Positions 11,551-21,447 are shown, counted from the first letter of the stretch. The stretch is DNA of 32,000 bases from Bdellovibrionales bacterium (GCA_965247685.1 OZ252021.1:600001-632000); one strand, 5' to 3'. Numbers and translations: made by a program. The notes: generated by a model not told the origin, from the letters alone.

Positions 11551-11981
11551 ACAGGCCAATCTTTTTTCTTTGAAATCCACTCTCCAGAAGAATGAAAGAT
11601 TATAAGGAGGTGAACTTTTTCAATTATTTTTTCAAAAAATTTCCAATTATGCATTTGGAAAAGTAAATCTTCACCTACAATGAGGTAGGAGTTATCGTTG
11701 AGGTTGAGTGTTTCTAGTGTATCGATCGTGTAGTTCACCTCTTGCTTTTTTATTTCACAATCTAGTATTTGAGTTTTAGGAAAATCCTTAAATAAAACTT
11801 TAAGCATATCTATTCGATGTTCAGGTTTTGTTTGATATGCCGGTTTTTCTGGATTTTGATAGGATGGAATAATATGAATTTCATCAAAGTGAAATTGGTT
11901 AAAGCAAATTTCTACGAGGTGTTGATGCCCATTATGAGGAGGATCGAAACTGCCGCCGAATATTCCTATTTTTTTAACCAT
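11007..11981 (-). CDS. nadD: Nicotinate-nucleotide adenylyltransferase fused to a ribosomal silencing factor RsfS-like domain
   Basis: 324-aa ORF. The N-terminal ~215 aa carry NadD motifs (GIFGGSFDPPHNGH, IIPSYQNPEK, YTIDTL, SSNLIR). The C-terminal ~105 aa are RsfS/iojap-like (RHVQALSLALQDYIKNKYGLVPKHVEGEALSQWIVLDYHFLIIHIFYDYLRSYYQLEDFW). Confidence 0.85.
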   Translation of the reverse strand: MVKKIGIFGGSFDPPHNGHQHLVEICFNQFHFDEIHIIPSYQNPEKPAYQTKPEHRIDMLKVLFKDFPKTQILDCEIKKQEVNYTIDTLETLNLNDNSYLIVGEDLLFQMHNWKFFEKIIEKVHLLIIFHSSGEWISKKKDWPVLLKRYLKKLDKHSGEFITKKQIHLLHTQKFQYLSSNLIRHKIQFQLPIEDDVPSKLIPLIQNYYQHIEPLSKKDWFNDLVSFSKDKGALHPEWFSFEEAVYENILTLSGLNTRHVQALSLALQDYIKNKYGLVPKHVEGEALSQWIVLDYHFLIIHIFYDYLRSYYQLEDFWKKKSLPKR

Positions 11982-11988
11982 AATCAGT

Positions 11989-12459
11989 TTAACACTTAAG
12001 CTGAATTTCTAACATCTGACCTTTTTGACCTGGTCCCACCTTTGTAGGAGATTGATTGACACTGTTTTTAAAAAAGTGATTCCCTCTGCCACCTCTGCCC
12101 CCTTGAGCTAAAAGGTAAGGCTTATCCTGAGATAAAAGCATATCATGTTTTTTTGTTTTAATCCATGTATTCAAAGGAACCTCTATGTAGAGATCTTTTC
12201 CTTTTTGACCTGTTCTTCGGCGAGAGCTTCCCGGTTTTCCTGATTCAGCTTTGTATATTTTCTTATTTTTTAAATGAGCAAATGAATTAAGGTGGACATC
12301 AGCTTTCAAATAGACATTTCCTCCTCTTCCTCCATTGCCTCCATCGGGGCCACCTCTAGATTTACGACGAGAAGAAGCAAAACTCATACAGCCCGAGCCG
12401 CCTTTTCCTGATACAGCTGTAAATTGAATTGTATCGTTAGTTTTTTCTTTACTGAACAT
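11989..12459 (-). CDS. obg: Obg-fold (N-terminal glycine-rich domain) protein lacking the GTPase domain
   Basis: 156-aa ORF with Obg N-domain hallmarks ([36 protein letters not shown]). It ends at …MLEIQLKC*, where full-length Obg continues into the G1 P-loop. The start overlaps the rpmA stop (ATGTTCAGTAA), and nadD begins 8 nt after its stop. Confidence 0.8.
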   Translation of the reverse strand: MFSKEKTNDTIQFTAVSGKGGSGCMSFASSRRKSRGGPDGGNGGRGGNVYLKADVHLNSFAHLKNKKIYKAESGKPGSSRRRTGQKGKDLYIEVPLNTWIKTKKHDMLLSQDKPYLLAQGGRGGRGNHFFKNSVNQSPTKVGPGQKGQMLEIQLKC

Positions 12460-12697
12460 GGACAGTAGATTTTTTACGATCGAAAGTTTTAAAAGAAACT
12501 CGACCTTCTTTTAAAGCAAACAGAGTGAAATCTCGACCTACACCTACATTTTGTCCGGGATAAAACTTGTATCCTCTTTGTCGCACGATAATAGTTCCAG
12601 AGGACACAAATTCTCCTCCAAAACGTTTCACTCCAAGTCTTTGACCTTTGGAATCTCTGCCATTCTTCGTACTTCCTGATGCTTTCTTAGATGCCAT
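12449..12697 (-). CDS. rpmA: 50S ribosomal protein L27
   Basis: 82-aa ORF ([52 protein letters not shown]…), a clear L27 signature downstream of rplU. Confidence 0.95.
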   Translation of the reverse strand: MASKKASGSTKNGRDSKGQRLGVKRFGGEFVSSGTIIVRQRGYKFYPGQNVGVGRDFTLFALKEGRVSFKTFDRKKSTVHVQ

Positions 12698-12717
12698 AAT
12701 CGATCTCCATCAATAAA

Positions 12718-13110
12718 TTATTGCTTTGCTACTTTCTTTTCAGTTTTTGAAGTAGAAGTTTTTTTAGATTCTAAAGTGGACCATTGTCCTTTGATATTCG
12801 ATAAAGCTTCTACGTGAAGCTCTGTGAAATACTGTCTATGCCCTTGAGTTTTTCTATAACCTTTTCTTCTTTTTTTCTTAATGATGAGAATTTTTTTTGC
12901 TCTTCCATGACGAACTATTTTAGCCTTGATCTGAGCTTTTTCTAAATAAGGAGTTCCAAATAAAAAACTACCATCTGTATTTTGAATAGCTAAGATTTGA
13001 TTCCCCACCCAAGTTTCACCTTTTTCCAAAGGAAGCTTGTCTACTCTCAATCGGGAACCGAGTTGAACAGAAAATTGCTTATTGCCGATACATACTATGG
13101 AAGTCATCAT
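12718..13110 (-). CDS. rplU: 50S ribosomal protein L21
   Basis: 130-aa ORF with an L21 core (…GNKQFSVQLGSRLRVDKL…AKIVRHGRAKKILIIKKKRRKGYRKTQGHRQYFTEL) plus a short Lys-rich C-terminal tail. It is the first gene of the rplU-rpmA-obg order. Confidence 0.95.
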   Translation of the reverse strand: MMTSIVCIGNKQFSVQLGSRLRVDKLPLEKGETWVGNQILAIQNTDGSFLFGTPYLEKAQIKAKIVRHGRAKKILIIKKKRRKGYRKTQGHRQYFTELHVEALSNIKGQWSTLESKKTSTSKTEKKVAKQ

Positions 13111-13212
13111 TCACCTCGAAAGACTTTTCTCTCATAAAAAGGCTTTTTATGTCAACTTCTAAGCTCTTCTTTTTCTTTATTAAGAGAAAAATAGCTTCTC
13201 TTTAAGGAAGGA

Positions 13213-14676
13213 CTAATTTTTAGTATATTGGATTTTTTCCATGGAATATTGGGAGTCTTCTTGAAAGGTGAGTTGAATGTTATATTGGCATTTTAGGAAT
13301 TCTAAAGCAGGAGTTGCATGTTCACTCATCCAGCGAATGACTTGAGGATGTCCTTTGAGGCAAATTGTTGTGGCTGTTTTCTTGTTTTTTTGACCTGAAA
13401 AAGCCTTTTTTCCATAATTTTTTTGTATGTCCAACAAAAAGTCACACAGTAAAGCTTCTGGAGATTTCACCCATCCATAACTGTTACAGTGTTCACACGG
13501 TTGGCACAATATGGCTTTTAAACTGGGTTTTTTACGATGGCGGGTCATTTGAATGATATTCAAATCTGAAAGAGAGACTACCTCTGTGTGAGCTCTATCT
13601 TTTTCTAGCTCTCTTTCTAATAACTGCATCACTTTTTCTTTAGATTCAGCTTCTTTCATATCAATGAGGTCTATGACAATAATGCCACCACAGTTTCTGA
13701 TTCTGAGTTGTTCTGCAATTTCTCTTACAGCTTCCAAGTTTGTTTTTAAAATATTTTCAGTTTGTGATTTTTTTCCAACAAATTTAGAAGTATTGACATC
13801 AATACTGACTAGAGCTTCATTTTCATCAATAACAATAGAGCTGCCAGATTTTAAGTAGACTGTTCTTTTTAAAGAATTTTTAATTCTTTTTTCTACTTTA
13901 AAATTCTCGAATAAAGGTTCTTTTTTAGTATAGTGAGAAATTTTAGATTCAAATTCAGGCATAAATTCACGAATAAAAGATAAGGCTTTGTCGTAAGTTT
14001 CTTTATGGTCAATCCATACTTCTGTGGATTTAGGGTTGAGTAAGTCATCTCTTAGGATTTGTAACTCAGGATCCAGTTCGGAGTGGATAAGACCTACACT
14101 TTTACGATTCTTTTTTTGTATTTTCTCCCACAGCGATAACATTTGACTCAAATCATTCTTAAAATCTTTTCTTCCTTGAGCTTTGCTTCGCACGATCACT
14201 CCTCCAGGAGGGCAAAGAGCTTCAATACACTCTATAAGACGAGTTCTTTCTTGTTCATCTTTTATTTGTTTTGAAACTCGAACGCCTTGCGAGTGAGGCA
14301 TATAAATTAAATAGGGTCCTATAAGGTTAATTTGTGTAGATAGGCGAGGACCTTTAGAAGCGAGAGGCTCTTTGGTGACTTGAACTATAATAGTTTGCCC
14401 TTGTTTAATTTTTGGAGTTTCAATTGAAACATTATTTTCTTCATTTTTCTCATCGTTCAGGTAAAGAAAACCACTGCGATCTATGCCTATATCTATAAAG
14501 CAAGAGGCCATGGTAGGCAGCACTTTAGAGATCTGACCTTTATAAATAGATCCGGATTGAATCTGCTTTTTATGTTTGTGATAATAAAAACTAGTAATAG
14601 ATTCTCCTTTTAAATTAATCACTCTAGTGCAAAGAGGAAGTACGTTAATGAGAATCTTGGATTTTTCCTTTTTCAT
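13213..14676 (-). CDS. rng: Ribonuclease G/E family endoribonuclease
   Basis: 487-aa ORF with an S1 domain (GSIYKGQISKVLPTMASCFIDIGIDRSGFLYLND), a DNase-I-like catalytic region (ALVSIDVNTSKFVG) and a Zn-link region (CxxCxxC-like QPCEHCNSYG). The size fits RNase G. Confidence 0.85.
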   Translation of the reverse strand: MKKEKSKILINVLPLCTRVINLKGESITSFYYHKHKKQIQSGSIYKGQISKVLPTMASCFIDIGIDRSGFLYLNDEKNEENNVSIETPKIKQGQTIIVQVTKEPLASKGPRLSTQINLIGPYLIYMPHSQGVRVSKQIKDEQERTRLIECIEALCPPGGVIVRSKAQGRKDFKNDLSQMLSLWEKIQKKNRKSVGLIHSELDPELQILRDDLLNPKSTEVWIDHKETYDKALSFIREFMPEFESKISHYTKKEPLFENFKVEKRIKNSLKRTVYLKSGSSIVIDENEALVSIDVNTSKFVGKKSQTENILKTNLEAVREIAEQLRIRNCGGIIVIDLIDMKEAESKEKVMQLLERELEKDRAHTEVVSLSDLNIIQMTRHRKKPSLKAILCQPCEHCNSYGWVKSPEALLCDFLLDIQKNYGKKAFSGQKNKKTATTICLKGHPQVIRWMSEHATPALEFLKCQYNIQLTFQEDSQYSMEKIQYTKN

Positions 14677-14815
14677 GCTGATATTATAAAAGGCTTTCTT
14701 TTAAGACATCATGTGTTCTTTAGTTCATTCATCGAGAAGCTAGACCTTGTGGGGTTTAAAATCAGGAAATTATTGAATGAACACAATATTTTTAAATCTT
14801 TCTATGAGAAAAAAT

Positions 14816-15958
14816 TTACTCTTCTAGATTATCAATATCAATATGTGTTTGAGAAAAATCAAAATCAGATCGATTTTTTCTATCTCTGATAATTTTTGCA
14901 AGAAGTAGGGCAACAATAACAAGTATAACACCTGCACTAATGATTTTTATTTTATCATTATTCCATGAACTTTTCGTCTTCATTGAATCTTCTTGTACAG
15001 GATCCATCTGTGGTTTTTCTATGGGAAGCTCATCCATTGCTACTGAAGTGTCTTCTATTATGACAGGTTCATCGTCAGGGATAGGTATATCATCAGGTTC
15101 TTCTATAGCCATAGCGACCTCTTCGGTAGCTTCTTCTTCTTGTGGCATCATTGGTGGTTCTTCTTCAATAGGAGGTGTATTTATAGGAGCTGTATCTGCT
15201 ATCCAGTATTGTATGGTGACAGGATCTGAGATTGCTCCTTTGGACTCTATCTGGGGGTTGGTTGCCCAAATTTCTTTCCAAGAGTTTTTATGTCCTAAAA
15301 GTCTTTCAGAAACTGTTCGAATATTGTTTCCTGTACTAAGATCGTAGGTTTGTGCAATTTTGTTATTATCTTCATAATAATGATAGAAGTTGTTTTTATC
15401 TGAAGGACGGTTTGGAGAACTATAGTAGATTTTATCTCCCACCTTAGGATCTCTTCTTTTGAGAAAGGGATTAAAATCTTTGAGCTCTTCGATCTTATTT
15501 TCTGAAAATAGCATCATGCTTATTTGACTCAAATTATCTGCAGGGCGAACAATGTAAACTGTATTGACCCATTTTCCGGATTGTTTCCAAGGTTTTGTAG
15601 GAATTTTTTTTAAAGGAATCCATTTTTTCTTTTTAGAAGATGAGTCATCGATGTTTTCTTGAGAATCTTCATTATTGGTCAGTACACCGCTTACAGAATC
15701 TTCATCTGTAGAGATACCTTCGTTGAGCACAGAATCAGAAAATATACCTTCTAAAACATCACTATCGGAACCAATCTCATCATTAGTGCTTTCAGTTTCA
15801 ATCCCTTCTTCTCTTTCGAATGTTGTTTCAGCGTAATACTCTTCTTCTTCAGATTGAAAAGAATCCTCGTCTAATTGTATCCCAAGGAAAGTACATGAAA
15901 TGAAAGAGAAAATAAAAAATACCTTTAATGTGAAAAAAGGCAACAATCTAAAAGTCAT
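14816..15958 (-). CDS. Acidic envelope protein with two LysM-like motifs and a C-terminal TM anchor
   Basis: The ORF track starts at a TTG at 15976, but the ATG at 15958 (MTFRLLPFFTLKVFFIFSFISC) gives a signal/lipobox-like N-terminus. LysM-like segments are VYIVRPADNLSQISMMLF…KVGDKIYY and NIRTVSERLLGHKNSWKEIWATNPQI. Acidic low-complexity regions are present, and there is a C-terminal TM helix (IISAGVILVIVALLLAKII). Confidence 0.6.
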   Translation of the reverse strand: MTFRLLPFFTLKVFFIFSFISCTFLGIQLDEDSFQSEEEEYYAETTFEREEGIETESTNDEIGSDSDVLEGIFSDSVLNEGISTDEDSVSGVLTNNEDSQENIDDSSSKKKKWIPLKKIPTKPWKQSGKWVNTVYIVRPADNLSQISMMLFSENKIEELKDFNPFLKRRDPKVGDKIYYSSPNRPSDKNNFYHYYEDNNKIAQTYDLSTGNNIRTVSERLLGHKNSWKEIWATNPQIESKGAISDPVTIQYWIADTAPINTPPIEEEPPMMPQEEEATEEVAMAIEEPDDIPIPDDEPVIIEDTSVAMDELPIEKPQMDPVQEDSMKTKSSWNNDKIKIISAGVILVIVALLLAKIIRDRKNRSDFDFSQTHIDIDNLEE

Positions 15959-16090
15959 ATCTTTCTCATCCAGCAAAAAATCCTTAACTTAGATGAGACC
16001 ATATTATTTAACTGAGAGGCAACTCTTCTAGACCTTAGGTGCAAAATTAGTAGAGTGAATAATTTTGCGTTATATCATTAAACAGTGAAA

Positions 16091-17509
16091 CTAAGATTCT
16101 AGCTTTTTCTTTAGAATTTGGTTCGCTTTTTCGGGGTCTGCTTGACCTTTAGAAATTTTCATTACTTGCCCCATTAGAAACTTATAGACTGTGATCTTTC
16201 CGTTTTTGTATTGCTCACACTGTGTAGGACATTCCTTGATCACTTGATCAATGATTTGAGATAAACTCTTTAGATCATCTAATTTATTTAAATTCATTTC
16301 TTTAACCAAAACTTTTAATGTCTTTCCTGTTTTCCACATTTGTTGAAAGGCATCTTTGGCCATCTTAGAGGATAAAAGTTTTTGTTCCACTTGATTGACA
16401 AGTTCTCCCATTTCTTCTGGTGCAATAGGGCAGTCTTTGACATCTATTTTAGAATCTTTGAGGTAAGATTGCATTTCATTAACTATCCATTTGCATAAAG
16501 TTTGAGCATGGCGAGTCTTTTTTAAAGCTATTTCAAAATAAGATGAAAGATCTATTTCTTCTGTTAAAAGTAATGCAGAGGAAAGAGGAATTTTATAATC
16601 CAAGTAAAATCTATTAATTTTATCGATAGGAAGCTCCTTATTCAAAGGAGTATCTGCTTGTTCTATCACTAAAGGAGGAAGATCGGGTTCAGGAAAATAT
16701 CTATAATCGCTCGCTTGTTCTTTGGTTCTCATAGGAAATGTTTCATTTTTCTTCGGATTATAAAGGCGAGTTTCTTGGATTATAGATTCTTTTTGATCTA
16801 AGAGTTGAGATTGTCTCTTAATTTCAAAATTAAGAGATTTTTCAATGAATCTAAAAGAATTTAGATTTTTTAATTCTACTTTTGTGCCTAATTTTTTTGA
16901 ATCCTTAGGACGAAGAGAGATATTACAATCGAAACGCATAGAGCCTTCTTGTAAATTACCATTACAAACTTTTAAATAAACTAAAATATTGCGCACCATT
17001 CGCGCATAGTCTGCCGCTTCTTGAGGAGAAGAGATTTCCGGATGAGATATGATTTCTAAAAGGGGCATACCAGATCGGTTAAAATCTACAAGTGAATAAT
17101 CAGGTTGATGGATGAGTCGCCCTGCATCTTCTTCTAAATGAATACGTTCAATATTAATTTTTTTAATTTTTTCTTGATGATAAAATTCGACATAACCTTC
17201 TTGAAAAAGGGGTAATTTAAACTGCGAAATTTGATAACCTTTTGGTAAATCAGGATAAAAATAGTTTTTTCTTTCAAAAATAGATGTTTTTTGCACTTGG
17301 CAATGAAAAGCTTTTCCTACTTGAAGAGCTAGATTAATGACATCTTTATTTAAACAAGGAAGAGTCCCTGGAAAACCTAGGCTGATAGGATGAATGGTTG
17401 TATTTTCTTGATCTGAAAAAGTTGTAGAATCAGGAGAAAATATTTTACTTTTTGTCAGCATTTGGGCATGAATTTCAAGCCCAATAACACATTCCCACGA
17501 ATTTTTCAT
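16091..17509 (-). CDS. gatB: Asp/Glu-tRNA(Asn/Gln) amidotransferase subunit B
   Basis: 472-aa ORF with the typical GatB N-terminus (WECVIGLEIHAQMLTKSKIFS), CNISLRP and a YqeY-like C-terminal tail. It is the last gene of the gatCAB order. Confidence 0.95.
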   Translation of the reverse strand: MKNSWECVIGLEIHAQMLTKSKIFSPDSTTFSDQENTTIHPISLGFPGTLPCLNKDVINLALQVGKAFHCQVQKTSIFERKNYFYPDLPKGYQISQFKLPLFQEGYVEFYHQEKIKKINIERIHLEEDAGRLIHQPDYSLVDFNRSGMPLLEIISHPEISSPQEAADYARMVRNILVYLKVCNGNLQEGSMRFDCNISLRPKDSKKLGTKVELKNLNSFRFIEKSLNFEIKRQSQLLDQKESIIQETRLYNPKKNETFPMRTKEQASDYRYFPEPDLPPLVIEQADTPLNKELPIDKINRFYLDYKIPLSSALLLTEEIDLSSYFEIALKKTRHAQTLCKWIVNEMQSYLKDSKIDVKDCPIAPEEMGELVNQVEQKLLSSKMAKDAFQQMWKTGKTLKVLVKEMNLNKLDDLKSLSQIIDQVIKECPTQCEQYKNGKITVYKFLMGQVMKISKGQADPEKANQILKKKLES

Positions 17510-17531
17510 AACTGTTCTCTTATTTTTATCA

Positions 17532-18995
17532 TTATTTTTCCACTTTTAAAGGAGGTTGATATTTATAACATTGGAGTTCTTTTTCTAATGCATATCCTAA
17601 GTTAAATAAACTTTGCTCATCAAAAGTATTTCCTATGAGTTGTACTCCACAAGGAAGATCATCAAATACTCCCACCGGAACGCTCATGCTAGGAAGACCT
17701 GACAAGTTTGATGCGACTGTGAACATATCAGAAAGATAGCCTTTAAGAATATCTGGAGATTTTTCTTCTACTAAAGGGGGTAAACATGCAGTGACTGGAG
17801 AAAGAATAGCATCCACCTTTTGAAAAACTTTTTGAAAATCTTGGCTGATCAGACGTCTTACTTTTTGAGCTTTTTGAAAGTAATCTTCATAATATCCTTG
17901 AGATAAACAAAAAGTTCCCATTAAGATTCTTCGCTTCACTTCAGATCCAAAGCCTTCTTTTCGAGATTGAGAGTAAAATTCTAACAAAGAATTTGTGGAT
18001 TTTGATGTTTGATGTCCATATCGAATACCATCGTAACGAGATAGATTGCTGCTAGCTTCACAACAGCTAATTAAGTAATAAACACTTGTAAAATACGGAG
18101 CTAGAGGAAGAGAAATAGGAATGATTTGAGCCCCTTTATCTTGAAAAACTTTTTGAGCTTGCTCTAGACTTTTATGAGTTGAATCAGTAAGATTATTTAT
18201 AAATTCTTTTGGAATTCCAATTTTTAAACCTTTAATATGATCGGACAGTTTTTCATGCCATAAGGGGACATCCTGAGAGCTTGTTGTGGAGTCTTTAGGA
18301 TCTTTACCGCTTATTAGGTTTAAAATAAGGGCACTATCTTTTACTGTTTTTGTCATAGGGCCTGCTTGATCAAGGCTGGAAGCAAAAGCCACAATTCCAT
18401 AGCGGCTCACTCGACCGTATGTGGGCTTTATTCCCACTAAATTGCAAAAATGAGAGGGCTGTCGAATGGAACCCCCTGTGTCCGTTCCCAAAGAAGCAGG
18501 AGCGAATCCTGCAGATACAGAAGAGGCACTTCCACCGCTTGAACCTCCGGGGGTGTAATTCGTGTTCCAAGGGTTTTTAGAAGGACCAAAATAAGAAGTT
18601 CTAGTGGAGTGACCCATAGCAAATTCGTCTTGATTACATTTTCCTAAAATAATAGCTCCTGCCGATAAAAGTCTATCTATTACTGTGGCAGAATAAGGTG
18701 GAATAAAATTTTCTAGTGATTGAGATGCCGCTGTTGTTTTGAGTCCTTTCGTGCAAAACATATCTTTAGATAAAATAGGAACCCCTTCTAAAGGTTTTCC
18801 CAAGAGGCCTTTTCGGTCTAATTCTTTTGCGGTTTTTAAAGCGTTTGAATTAATAGTGATGATAGAGTTGAGTTGAGGGTCGAGTTCTTCAATTCTTTTT
18901 ATAAAATAAGAGACAACTTCTGCAACAGAAACTTTTTTTTCACGAATGTTTTGGGCAATTTTTACAGCAGACCATTGATGTAGCATTTTATGCAT
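17532..18995 (-). CDS. gatA: Glu-tRNA(Gln)/Asp-tRNA(Asn) amidotransferase subunit A
   Basis: 487-aa ORF with the amidase signature (GGSSGGSASSVSAGFAPASLGTDTGGSIRQPS). Confidence 0.95.
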   Translation of the reverse strand: MHKMLHQWSAVKIAQNIREKKVSVAEVVSYFIKRIEELDPQLNSIITINSNALKTAKELDRKGLLGKPLEGVPILSKDMFCTKGLKTTAASQSLENFIPPYSATVIDRLLSAGAIILGKCNQDEFAMGHSTRTSYFGPSKNPWNTNYTPGGSSGGSASSVSAGFAPASLGTDTGGSIRQPSHFCNLVGIKPTYGRVSRYGIVAFASSLDQAGPMTKTVKDSALILNLISGKDPKDSTTSSQDVPLWHEKLSDHIKGLKIGIPKEFINNLTDSTHKSLEQAQKVFQDKGAQIIPISLPLAPYFTSVYYLISCCEASSNLSRYDGIRYGHQTSKSTNSLLEFYSQSRKEGFGSEVKRRILMGTFCLSQGYYEDYFQKAQKVRRLISQDFQKVFQKVDAILSPVTACLPPLVEEKSPDILKGYLSDMFTVASNLSGLPSMSVPVGVFDDLPCGVQLIGNTFDEQSLFNLGYALEKELQCYKYQPPLKVEK

Positions 18996-19003
18996 TCCTT
19001 AAT

Positions 19004-19303
19004 TTATGAGGGATCATTATTAACCACAGAAGGAACTTTTATGTACTGTCCTTCGAGGGAAGGGGCTTGTTTTGTTAATTCATTTGGGTTTTCTTTTGAG
19101 TAGGCTGAATCTTCTCGAAAAACCAAAGGTTCTTCCATAGGGGAGATAAGGGGCTCTACTTTATCTGTTGATAACTTCGAAATATGGTGAAAGTATTTTA
19201 TGATATTTTGGATTTGAGGAAAAATAGTCTTTTTCTCTTGCTCAGACATTTTAATATGAGCAAGTTGAATCATTTTATTCCATTGCTCTTTCATAAGACA
19301 CAC
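19004..19303 (-). CDS. gatC: Asp/Glu-tRNA amidotransferase subunit C
   Basis: Small (~96-99 aa) ORF directly upstream of gatA. It has a GatC-like core (…LAHIKMSEQEKKTIFPQIQNIIKYFHHISKLSTDKVEPL). The true start may be the ATG at 19294 (MKEQW). Confidence 0.85.
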   Translation of the reverse strand: MCLMKEQWNKMIQLAHIKMSEQEKKTIFPQIQNIIKYFHHISKLSTDKVEPLISPMEEPLVFREDSAYSKENPNELTKQAPSLEGQYIKVPSVVNNDPS

Positions 19304-19374
19304 CTTTATTATCTTTATCAGTACACTACTTTTTGAAAGTATGGTATCTTAAATTTTTTAAAAATTAAAGATAG

Positions 19375-21447
19375 ATGAAGAAGAAAATAAAAGAACTTCA
19401 AAAACAAATACGAAAACATGATTATCAGTATTATGTTCTAGATGATCCTATAATTTCAGACTTTAGCTATGATCAACTCTATGCCGAGCTTTTAAAGCTA
19501 GAGTCTCAATATCCTCATTTTATTGATAAAAATTCTCCCACTCAAAGGGTTCCCGGAAAGGCTTTAGATGCTTTTGAAAAGGTTTTTCATCGAAAGACGA
19601 TGCTCTCCCTCAATAATAGTTACTCTGTGGAAGACTTGTATCAATTTCATCAGAAAATATCTTCATCTCTTCAGCAAAAACAAGTGACTTATTTTTGTGA
19701 GCCTAAGCTTGATGGAGTGGCTGTAGAGTTGATCTACGAAAAAGGCCTTCTCACCTACGCTTTGACTCGAGGAGATGGAAAGGAAGGTGAGAATATTTTA
19801 GAGAATATTAAAACGATTAAAACAGTTCCTCTTTTTATAGAAGCTTTAAAAAAACAACCTGTTTTTGAAGTTCGTGCAGAAGCTTTATTATTTAAAAAGT
19901 ACTTTAGTGAAATGAATAAAAAACAGAAAAAAAACAAAGCAAAAGTTTTTGCTAATCCCAGGAATGCAGCCTCAGGATCTTTAAGAAATTTGAATCCTCA
20001 AATTACTGCGGATAGAAGACTCAGCTTATTTTGTCATGGACCGGGTTGGATTTCTAAAGAAATAACACAAAGTCAGAATCGGTTTTATAATTTAATAAAG
20101 AAGCTTGGTCTTCCTTGTTTGACCTATGAAAAATTTTCAAATTGGAATAAAAAATGGAAAAAACTTTCTGAACCTCTTTGTGTTCTTTGTAAGAATCCTG
20201 AAGATATTATTACTTATTACCACACGCTACAAAATTTAAGAAATAAAATTCCTTTTGAAGTCGATGGTATTGTAATTAAAGTAAATTCATTTGTTGAGCA
20301 AGGACAACTTGGGACTATAGCAAGAAGTCCTAAGTGGGCAACAGCTTTAAAATTTTCTCCCGACTCCGTTGTGACTCAAATAAAAGATATTCAGTTTTTT
20401 GTGGGACGTACAGGAGTTATTACTCCTGTAGCGGTTATGAATCCTGTTCCTTTAGGAGGAGTGGTTGTGAAGCAAGCTACTCTTCATAATAAAGGAGAGG
20501 TTCAAAGGAAAGATATTCGTAAAGGAGATTTTGTTTATATTCAAAGAGCAGGAGATGTGATTCCTGAAGTAATAGGTGTGGACTTGTCTCGGCGGTCAAA
20601 AAATTTAGCATCTTTTAAAGTTCCTAAAAAATGTCCCATCTGCCGCCTAGATGTTATAGAGGTGGATGATCTTTTATATTGTTCGAATCCTCAATGTGAT
20701 GGTGTGATTTTAAGGAAACTCCAACATTTTTTCTCTAAACCTTGTATGAATATTGAATTCTTAGGGGATCGTCTTGTGGAGCAGTTGTATGATGAGAAAC
20801 TTATTAAAAGCTATTCTGATATTTATAAGCTTAAAAAAGATCAAATAGAAAAATTAGAGGGAATGGGAGCTATTTCATCACAAAATATCATTAAAAGTAT
20901 TAATGAAAGCAAAAAAACATCTTTTGGGCGTTTTTTATTTGCTTTAGGTATTCGTCATGTTGGAGAGCAAATTGCTCTGAAGTTAGGGGATTATTTTGGT
21001 CCCCATCACAAGGGCTTTCAGAAGTTGTTAAAAAGTACTCAAGAAGAGCTGGTCCAGATAGAAGATGTAGGGTCTGTCGTAGCTCAGTCGATTGTATTAG
21101 AACTTCAAAAACTTAGACCTGAAATTCATAAGCTTTTTGAGCAAGGTGTTCAGATTATATCACCAAAAATTAAAGCTCAAACCTCTCACCAACCTTTAGC
21201 AAAAAAAAGTTTTGTGATTACGGGAAGCTTTGCAATTACAAGAAGGGAGATAGAAAACATTATCCGTGAAAACGGAGGCCAAGCTACTCAATCGGTCAGT
21301 CGTAAGACAAGCTACCTGCTGTGCGGTGAAAAAGCAGGTTCTAAGTATAATAAAGCACGAGAACTTAAGATCCCAGTAATAGACTGGAATCAGTTTCAAC
21401 GCATCCTGCGAGAAAATAAACTCTTAAGAATCAGAACTAAGATTTAA
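19375..21447 (+). CDS. ligA: NAD-dependent DNA ligase
   Basis: 690-aa ORF with the adenylation motif (CEPKLDGVAVEL), an OB fold, a Cys4 zinc finger (CPICRLDV…CSNPQC), HhH repeats and a C-terminal BRCT domain (FVITGSF…KARELKIPVIDWNQF). Confidence 0.95.
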   Translation: MKKKIKELQKQIRKHDYQYYVLDDPIISDFSYDQLYAELLKLESQYPHFIDKNSPTQRVPGKALDAFEKVFHRKTMLSLNNSYSVEDLYQFHQKISSSLQQKQVTYFCEPKLDGVAVELIYEKGLLTYALTRGDGKEGENILENIKTIKTVPLFIEALKKQPVFEVRAEALLFKKYFSEMNKKQKKNKAKVFANPRNAASGSLRNLNPQITADRRLSLFCHGPGWISKEITQSQNRFYNLIKKLGLPCLTYEKFSNWNKKWKKLSEPLCVLCKNPEDIITYYHTLQNLRNKIPFEVDGIVIKVNSFVEQGQLGTIARSPKWATALKFSPDSVVTQIKDIQFFVGRTGVITPVAVMNPVPLGGVVVKQATLHNKGEVQRKDIRKGDFVYIQRAGDVIPEVIGVDLSRRSKNLASFKVPKKCPICRLDVIEVDDLLYCSNPQCDGVILRKLQHFFSKPCMNIEFLGDRLVEQLYDEKLIKSYSDIYKLKKDQIEKLEGMGAISSQNIIKSINESKKTSFGRFLFALGIRHVGEQIALKLGDYFGPHHKGFQKLLKSTQEELVQIEDVGSVVAQSIVLELQKLRPEIHKLFEQGVQIISPKIKAQTSHQPLAKKSFVITGSFAITRREIENIIRENGGQATQSVSRKTSYLLCGEKAGSKYNKARELKIPVIDWNQFQRILRENKLLRIRTKI

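Noticed and set aside
14940-15347. 135-aa plus-strand ORF rich in Ser/Gly/Ile.
   Set aside because: It lies fully inside, and antisense to, the acidic region of the LysM-like gene. It is a compositional mirror of the Glu/Asp/Pro-rich sense frame.
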